Of a DNA stretch of 64,000 nucleotides, positions 58,652 to 64,000 are shown piece after piece. The number at the start of each line of letters is the position of its first letter. Position 1 is the stretch's first letter. Source of the DNA: Candidatus Magasanikiibacteriota bacterium (lineage in GTDB: Bacteria > Patescibacteriota > Patescibacteriia > Magasanikbacterales > GWA2-37-8); NCBI GenBank assembly GCA_026396515.1, contig JAPLWQ010000003.1, forward strand, positions 227,569 to 291,568, in the 5' to 3' direction. Both the position numbers and the translations under genes were made by a program. The notes beneath the pieces were generated by a model, which was not told the DNA's origin, did no database searches, and was given only the letters and a program-made list of their open reading frames with translations.

Positions 58652-60628
58652 ATGAAAAACGAACAATCATTTAATTACGAACCAAAAGACCGTGTATCAG
58701 ACTCTGATTTAAACGGCAAATTCAAACATCAATGGGTGGAGGAAAATTTTTCTAATTATCAAAAAAGCGGGCAAACTATTTCCGTATCTGAAACCAGGGG
58801 TTATCTGGGGCCGAGTTTGGCTACAAAAAAAATTATATGGCTTCTCGTCATTATTTTTATCGGCATAGCGGTGATAGGTGGAAAAATTTTTTTTCTACAA
58901 ATTGTTAAGGGTGACTACTATAGAAATTTAGCGGAAAATAATCGTGTTAGAATTAAGCCCATTCCGGCTGAACGAGGCCTTATATACGATCGTTTTGGCA
59001 ATCAGCTTATCGAAAACGTGCCAAGCTTTTCCTTATCAATCGTACCTCAGGATCTGCCGCAAAAAACTGACGAAAGGAGAAGCGTAATTTCTCAAATTGC
59101 GGGCATAAGCGGCGTTAGCGAGAGCGAAATTAATGCTTTAGTAAAAAAATACAGCTCCTACAGTTTTGAATCATTGACTGTAAAAGACAATCTTGATTAT
59201 GAATCGGCGCTCACTTTATATATACAAAACGCCAACTTGCCCGGTATAATTATTGAAAAAGGAACCAAGCGTTTGTATAGAGAAAGCCAGGGCGTTGGTG
59301 TGGCATCGTCATTATCGCAAGTAATCGGTTATCTGGGAAAAATCAGTGAAAACGAGCTCAACGAACTTAGGCCGAGCGGATATTATCCCTCGGACTACCT
59401 GGGTAAAGACGGATTGGAAAATTCATACGAAACTGCTTTACGAGGCGTGTACGGGCGAAAAAAAATTGAAGTGAATGCTTTAGGCAGGGAGCAAAGTGTG
59501 ATTGCCGAGGAAGCGCCTGTGCCGGGAAAACACCTGGTGTTAAGCCTGGATATAGAGGCACAGTCAAAAATGGAAGAGCTGATTCTTAAATCGCTATCAA
59601 CCAATAAATGGAAGCGAGCGGCCGGCGTCGCATTGAATCCTCAAACAGGTGAGGTTCTGGCCATGGTTAGCATACCCGCCTATAATAATAATGATTTTTC
59701 CGGCGGGATATCACAGGAAAAATATTCAGCATATCTGTCGAATCCTGATCAGCCGCTATTCAACCGGGCAATCGCCGGCATGTACCCATCCGGCTCTATC
59801 GTTAAGCCATTAATCGCGGCCGCGGCTCTGCAGGAGGGTATTATTAATCAAAACACTTCATTTTTAAGTACGGGTGGGTTGGAGATTGACAAGTGGTTTT
59901 TTAAGGACTGGAAAGCCGGCGGACATGGAATTACGAATGTAAAAAAAGCGTTAGCATGGTCTGTGAACACCTTTTTTTATTATATTGGCGGCGGTTATAA
60001 TACATTTGTCGGCTTAGGAGCGGATAAAATTGTTGAGTACCTAAAAAAATTCAGCCTGGCGAATACGACCGGGATCGATTTGCCCGGGGAAAGCGCCGGT
60101 TTTTTGCCAAGTAAAAAATGGAAAGAAAGTACAAAAAATGAACGATGGTATATCGGTGATACTTATAATCTTTCAATCGGTCAGGGTGATCTATTGGTTA
60201 CCCCTTTGCAGGCGGCTGTTTGGACCGCTGCCATAGCTAATGGCGGAAAAGTGATTAAACCGCGATTAGTTAATGCTGTTTTGGACCCGGTTTCTAAAAA
60301 GAGCTACCCCAAACAAACTGAATATTTGAACCGAGATTTTATATCTCCCGGAAACATTGAGATTGTTCGCCAAGGCATGCGCGAATGTGTTGTCTATGGG
60401 AGTTGTGGTATGCTAAACTCTCTCCCGTTCACGTCTGCGGGGAAAACCGGTACAGCACAATGGAGCGCTACGAAACAAGACCATGCTTGGTTTACCTCAT
60501 TCGCACCATTTAAACAGCCTCAAATAGTGGTAACCGTGCTTGTGGAGGAGGGGACAGAAGGCAGTACTGCCGCGCAGCCCATCGCAGAACGGTTTCTTGA
60601 ATGGTGGGGGACAAAATACTTGAAATAG
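58652..60628 (+). CDS. mrdA: Penicillin-binding protein 2 (elongasome transpeptidase)
   Basis: SGSIVKP (SxxK), SVN (SxN), KTGTA; N-terminal TM and dimerisation domain. Confidence 0.85.
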   Translation: MKNEQSFNYEPKDRVSDSDLNGKFKHQWVEENFSNYQKSGQTISVSETRGYLGPSLATKKIIWLLVIIFIGIAVIGGKIFFLQIVKGDYYRNLAENNRVRIKPIPAERGLIYDRFGNQLIENVPSFSLSIVPQDLPQKTDERRSVISQIAGISGVSESEINALVKKYSSYSFESLTVKDNLDYESALTLYIQNANLPGIIIEKGTKRLYRESQGVGVASSLSQVIGYLGKISENELNELRPSGYYPSDYLGKDGLENSYETALRGVYGRKKIEVNALGREQSVIAEEAPVPGKHLVLSLDIEAQSKMEELILKSLSTNKWKRAAGVALNPQTGEVLAMVSIPAYNNNDFSGGISQEKYSAYLSNPDQPLFNRAIAGMYPSGSIVKPLIAAAALQEGIINQNTSFLSTGGLEIDKWFFKDWKAGGHGITNVKKALAWSVNTFFYYIGGGYNTFVGLGADKIVEYLKKFSLANTTGIDLPGESAGFLPSKKWKESTKNERWYIGDTYNLSIGQGDLLVTPLQAAVWTAAIANGGKVIKPRLVNAVLDPVSKKSYPKQTEYLNRDFISPGNIEIVRQGMRECVVYGSCGMLNSLPFTSAGKTGTAQWSATKQDHAWFTSFAPFKQPQIVVTVLVEEGTEGSTAAQPIAERFLEWWGTKYLK

Positions 60629-60651
60629 TGGATAACCTTTTTGACTCACAT

Positions 60652-60662
60652 TGAGCATGTGG
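60652..60662 (+). promoter_or_regulatory. Extended -10 promoter TGTGGTATAAT for greA
   Basis: Identical 11-mer to the ftsE promoter. Confidence 0.45.
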
Positions 60663-60733
60663 TATAATTATAAAAGCGGATATCAATCAACCGCATAGCG
60701 GAAGATGATATCTGTATTTTAATGCTTATTTTT

Positions 60734-61201
60734 ATGATTGATAAAATTCAATATTTGTCAAAACAAAGTCATACAACATTGGAGCTGGAATATGATAAAT
60801 TAAAAAACGATAAAATACCGGAAATTGCGAATCATATTGATGAAGCAAAACAGCAGGGTGATCTTTCGGAAAATGCCGAGTATCACCAGGCAAAAGAGGA
60901 TATGGCTTGGGCACAGGGACGCCTATTAGAAATTGAACATTTGCTCTCAAACGCGGTAATTATTGAGGAAGGAAAAACCGACAAAAAAACCGTTTCCGTT
61001 GGCGATACTGTACTTGTAAAATTTAACGCAAAAACGAAGGAATATATGATTGTCGGCCCACAAGAAGCAGACCCATTTGCCGGAAAAATATCCAATGAAT
61101 CACCGCTCGGGAACTCCTTTATCGGGCGTACTGCAGGTGATGTGGTTGAAGTGGAGACACCTGCCGGTAAACAACAGTATCACATAGTTGAAATCAAATA
61201 G
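60734..61201 (+). CDS. greA: Transcription elongation factor GreA
   Basis: Coiled-coil N-domain with acidic tip (DLSENAEY) and FKBP-like C-domain. Confidence 0.85.
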   Translation: MIDKIQYLSKQSHTTLELEYDKLKNDKIPEIANHIDEAKQQGDLSENAEYHQAKEDMAWAQGRLLEIEHLLSNAVIIEEGKTDKKTVSVGDTVLVKFNAKTKEYMIVGPQEADPFAGKISNESPLGNSFIGRTAGDVVEVETPAGKQQYHIVEIK

Positions 61202-61215
61202 AAAATAGCCAAATA

Positions 61216-61246
61216 AACCGCCACAAATACATGAGGCGGTTTTTTG
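61216..61246 (+). terminator. Intrinsic terminator
   Basis: accgcc...ggcggt followed by ttttt. Confidence 0.55.
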
Positions 61247-61266
61247 ACGCCGTTTAATATTTGCGG

Positions 61267-61272
61267 TATAAT
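61267..61272 (+). promoter_or_regulatory. -10 box (tttgCGGTATAAT) for lysS
   Basis: TATAAT 28 nt upstream of ATG 61300; the ORF-track start 61261 lies inside this box. Confidence 0.4.
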
Positions 61273-61299
61273 ATTGCATATTTTCCAAATAAAACATAT

Positions 61300-62766
61300 A
61301 TGACAAACGAAGTACAAAACGAAGAACAAACAAGATTGGAGCGATTAAAAACCATCCGCGATAGTGGAATAAACCCCTATCCGAGCAAAACTGAAGCAAA
61401 TATCAGTCTCGCCGATGCTCGAAAGTCAAAAGAGGGGACGAAAGTTATTGTTGCCGGACGGCTAGTATCCAAAAGAGAGATGGGCAAGCTTTGCTTTGCG
61501 CATCTTAAAGACTTTTCTGATAAATTGCAGATTGCCATCTCTGAAAAAGAATTGGGCAAGGAATTGTACAAATTTTTCGTAAAAAATTTCGACCTAGGTG
61601 ATTTTGTCCAGATTGAGGGTGAGATGTTCATTACACATAAAGGCGAAATTTCCGTTTTAGCAAAAACATACACACTATTATCGAAATCCCTTTTACCTTT
61701 ACCGGAAAAGTTTCACGGTCTATCTAACGTTGAAACCCGATACAGACAACGTTATCTGGATCTGCTTTCAAATGATGAGTCAATGAAAATCGCCAAGATT
61801 CGAAGTTTTGTTGTTAAAGAAATTCGCAACTATTTTGATTCGCTCGGTTTTTACGAAGTGGAGACGCCAATACTGCAGGCTCTACCCGGAGGCGCTATTG
61901 CCAAACCTTTTATCACTCATCACAACGCATTGAATATTGATTTGTATTTGAGGGTCGCGCCTGAATTGTATCTCAAGCGCCTGATTGTCGGCGGCTTTGA
62001 AAAAGTCTACGAATTGGGACGCTGTTTCAGAAACGAGGGGATTGATAATAATCATAACCCGGAATTTACGCAAGTGGAGGCATACTGGGCTTACGCCGAC
62101 TATGAAAAACTGATGAGCTTGTTTGAAGACATGATACCGAAAATTATTAAAGCTGCCGGAATGCCATTAAAATTTGAAACACTGGGCAAGGCTGTGGACT
62201 TTACTCCGCCCTACCCGCGCAAAACCATGCGCGACCTTATTCTTGAGTACGCCAAGTTTGATATTGAGGATTGTCCTGACCAAAAAGCGATGTATAATAA
62301 AGCGATCGAATTGAAAGTGGACGACATTGATAAGAACATGGGCAGGGGAAAACTGATTGATGAAATATACAAGGCCTACGCACGGCCGAATATTGTCAAC
62401 CCGATATTTATGACTAATCATCCGGTTGAATTATCACCTCTGGCGAAAAGACGTGAAGACGAACCGCGCTATACCGAGCGCTTCCAGTTGCTCTGTGTAG
62501 GCGGAAATGAGCTCTGCAACGCTTTTAGCGAGCTGAATGACCCGATTGATCAGGAGGCGAGGTTCAGAGAGCAGGAGAAAGAACGCGAGCAAGGCGATGA
62601 GGAAAGCATGCGTTTTGACGAGGATTTTATAACGGCTCTAAAGCACGGCATGCCGCCGACCGCCGGCCTCGGCATGGGCATTGATCGATTTGTAAAACTT
62701 CTCACCAATTCGGAAAATCTTAAGGAAGTCATCCTATTTCCAACCCTTAAGCCGGATAACAATTAA
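61300..62766 (+). CDS. lysS: Lysine--tRNA ligase (class II)
   Basis: OB-fold anticodon-binding domain; class II motifs (FRNEG, GMGIDR). Confidence 0.9.
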   Translation: MTNEVQNEEQTRLERLKTIRDSGINPYPSKTEANISLADARKSKEGTKVIVAGRLVSKREMGKLCFAHLKDFSDKLQIAISEKELGKELYKFFVKNFDLGDFVQIEGEMFITHKGEISVLAKTYTLLSKSLLPLPEKFHGLSNVETRYRQRYLDLLSNDESMKIAKIRSFVVKEIRNYFDSLGFYEVETPILQALPGGAIAKPFITHHNALNIDLYLRVAPELYLKRLIVGGFEKVYELGRCFRNEGIDNNHNPEFTQVEAYWAYADYEKLMSLFEDMIPKIIKAAGMPLKFETLGKAVDFTPPYPRKTMRDLILEYAKFDIEDCPDQKAMYNKAIELKVDDIDKNMGRGKLIDEIYKAYARPNIVNPIFMTNHPVELSPLAKRREDEPRYTERFQLLCVGGNELCNAFSELNDPIDQEARFREQEKEREQGDEESMRFDEDFITALKHGMPPTAGLGMGIDRFVKLLTNSENLKEVILFPTLKPDNN

Positions 62767-62770
62767 TCAT

Positions 62771-64000
62771 ATGCTTGACATAAAATTCATTCGCGAAAAC
62801 ATAGATTTAGTTAAAAAAAATTGCGTCAATCGCAAAGTCAAGGTTGATATTGATAAATTACTGACGCTTGATGAATCACGGCGGGATAATTTATCAAAAA
62901 TAGAGACTCTTCGCGCTGAGCGGAACCAAAAATCAAAGGGCAAGCCGAGTGATACGGAGATTGCAAAACTCAAACAAGTGGGAGGGGAAATAAAAAATTT
63001 GGAAATTATTTTATCCCAGGTTGAAGCAGAATATTTCGAATTGCTTAAAGCAGTTCCAAATATGACACACCCCGAAAGCCCGGTCGGCGGCGAGGAGTAT
63101 TATAAAGTTGTTTTCACTGGCGGCAAGCCGAAAAATTTTGCATTTAAACCAAAAGACCACGAAGAATTAATGCTATCTAATGATCTGATCGATTTTGACC
63201 GGGGCACAAAAGTGGCGGCTTCCAAATTTTATTTCACCAAGGGGAATCTTGTCCGGATGAACCAGGCGCTGATTAACTATGGAATTGATGTGGTGGCCAA
63301 ACACGGCTATGAAGTCGTAGAAACACCGGACATGGCCAAGGACGAAATTCTTCAGGGTATCGGATTCAATCCACGCGGGCCGGAGACACAGGTCTATTCC
63401 ATTGAAAACACCGACCTAAGTTTGATCGGCACGGCGGAAATTACCATGGGTGGCTATCACGCCGGTGAAGTTCTGGATTTATCCAAAGGACCAAAAAAGT
63501 ATGTAGCGCTGTCGCATTGCTTCCGTACTGAAGCTGGCGCTTACGGCAAAGTGAGCAAAGGACTTTATCGCGTGCATCAATTCGCCAAACTGGAAATGTT
63601 TATTTTTTGCAAACCGGAAGAGAGTGAAAAATATCACCAGGAAATATTGGATATTGAAAAAGAAATACTCAAGGGCCTTGATTTGCCTTATCGCGTGATT
63701 GATATTCCCACCGGCGACCTAGGCGGACCGGCTTACCGAAAGTTTGATATTGAGGCCTGGATGACTATGAAAGGGGAAGGGGAGTCGCAGGGCGGATACA
63801 GCGAAGTTACTTCGTGCAGCAACTGTACCGATTATCAGGCACGCCGGTTGAATATCAAATACCGCAAAGAAGATGGCTCAACCGAATTTGTTCATACCTT
63901 AAACGGCACCGCGGTAGTGCTTAGCCGTTTCCCTCTGTCTATCGTAGAAAATTATCAACAGAAAGACGGCTCTATTGCGGTTCCGAAAGCACTGAAAAAA
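62771..64000 (+). CDS. serS: Serine--tRNA ligase (3'-truncated by window edge)
   Basis: N-terminal coiled coil; class II motifs FRTEAG, GYSEVTSCSNCTDYQARRL; not in the ORF track because there is no stop within the window. Confidence 0.85.
   Translation, partial: MLDIKFIRENIDLVKKNCVNRKVKVDIDKLLTLDESRRDNLSKIETLRAERNQKSKGKPSDTEIAKLKQVGGEIKNLEIILSQVEAEYFELLKAVPNMTHPESPVGGEEYYKVVFTGGKPKNFAFKPKDHEELMLSNDLIDFDRGTKVAASKFYFTKGNLVRMNQALINYGIDVVAKHGYEVVETPDMAKDEILQGIGFNPRGPETQVYSIENTDLSLIGTAEITMGGYHAGEVLDLSKGPKKYVALSHCFRTEAGAYGKVSKGLYRVHQFAKLEMFIFCKPEESEKYHQEILDIEKEILKGLDLPYRVIDIPTGDLGGPAYRKFDIEAWMTMKGEGESQGGYSEVTSCSNCTDYQARRLNIKYRKEDGSTEFVHTLNGTAVVLSRFPLSIVENYQQKDGSIAVPKALKK

Noticed and set aside
60722-60733. 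ORF-track start of greA at 60722 (MLIFMIDK...)
   Set aside because: A promoter -10 box at 60657-60662 leaves too short a leader. The downstream ATG at 60734 gives the canonical GreA N-terminus; either start is possible, but the shorter one was preferred.

Overview
This looks like a 64-kb chromosomal segment from a small, AT-rich, gene-dense bacterial genome. The gene content and style point to a CPR/Patescibacteria-like organism: weak or absent Shine-Dalgarno sites, many leaderless genes, mostly plus-strand genes and many secreted or membrane proteins of unknown function. It is almost all housekeeping. Left to right: PilT (5'-truncated), CCA-adding enzyme, a MacAB-like efflux module, dnaG-rpoD, murG, an MtaB/MiaB-like radical-SAM gene (minus), an MFS transporter (minus), tRNA-Lys (minus), a translin-like protein, a Mur ligase plus small division proteins, tRNA-Gly and tRNA-Thr, ftsEX, tRNA-Gln, an envelope-glycan cluster (FkbM methyltransferase, GT28/UgtP-like glycosyltransferase, Csp, LCP, B12-radical-SAM), secreted FecR/Fn3-like proteins, uppP, thiI, an IscR-IscS-NifU-ferredoxin cluster, rsmI, metG, cvpA, a Memo-CapA fusion lipoprotein, tatD, a complete F1Fo ATP synthase operon (atpZ-B-E-F-H-A-G-D-C), a Cys-rich mini-ORF, an EndoIII-like glycosylase, a UvrD helicase-nuclease fusion, mreBCD-PBP2, greA, lysS and serS (3'-truncated). 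I found no rRNA, CRISPR arrays, transposases or integrases. The features not explained by the gene calls are these: a family of nested palindromic repeats, one copy of which sits in frame inside the MtaB-like gene (like Rickettsia RPEs); a GC-rich, promoter-to-terminator RNA unit flanked by ~40-bp direct repeats upstream of the B12-radical-SAM gene; a second GC-rich structured RNA candidate next to tRNA-Lys; a MITE-like inverted-repeat element that abuts a start codon; and a 45-residue metallothionein-like Cys-rich ORF. All functional calls are motif-level inferences from reading the sequence; no database searches were run.
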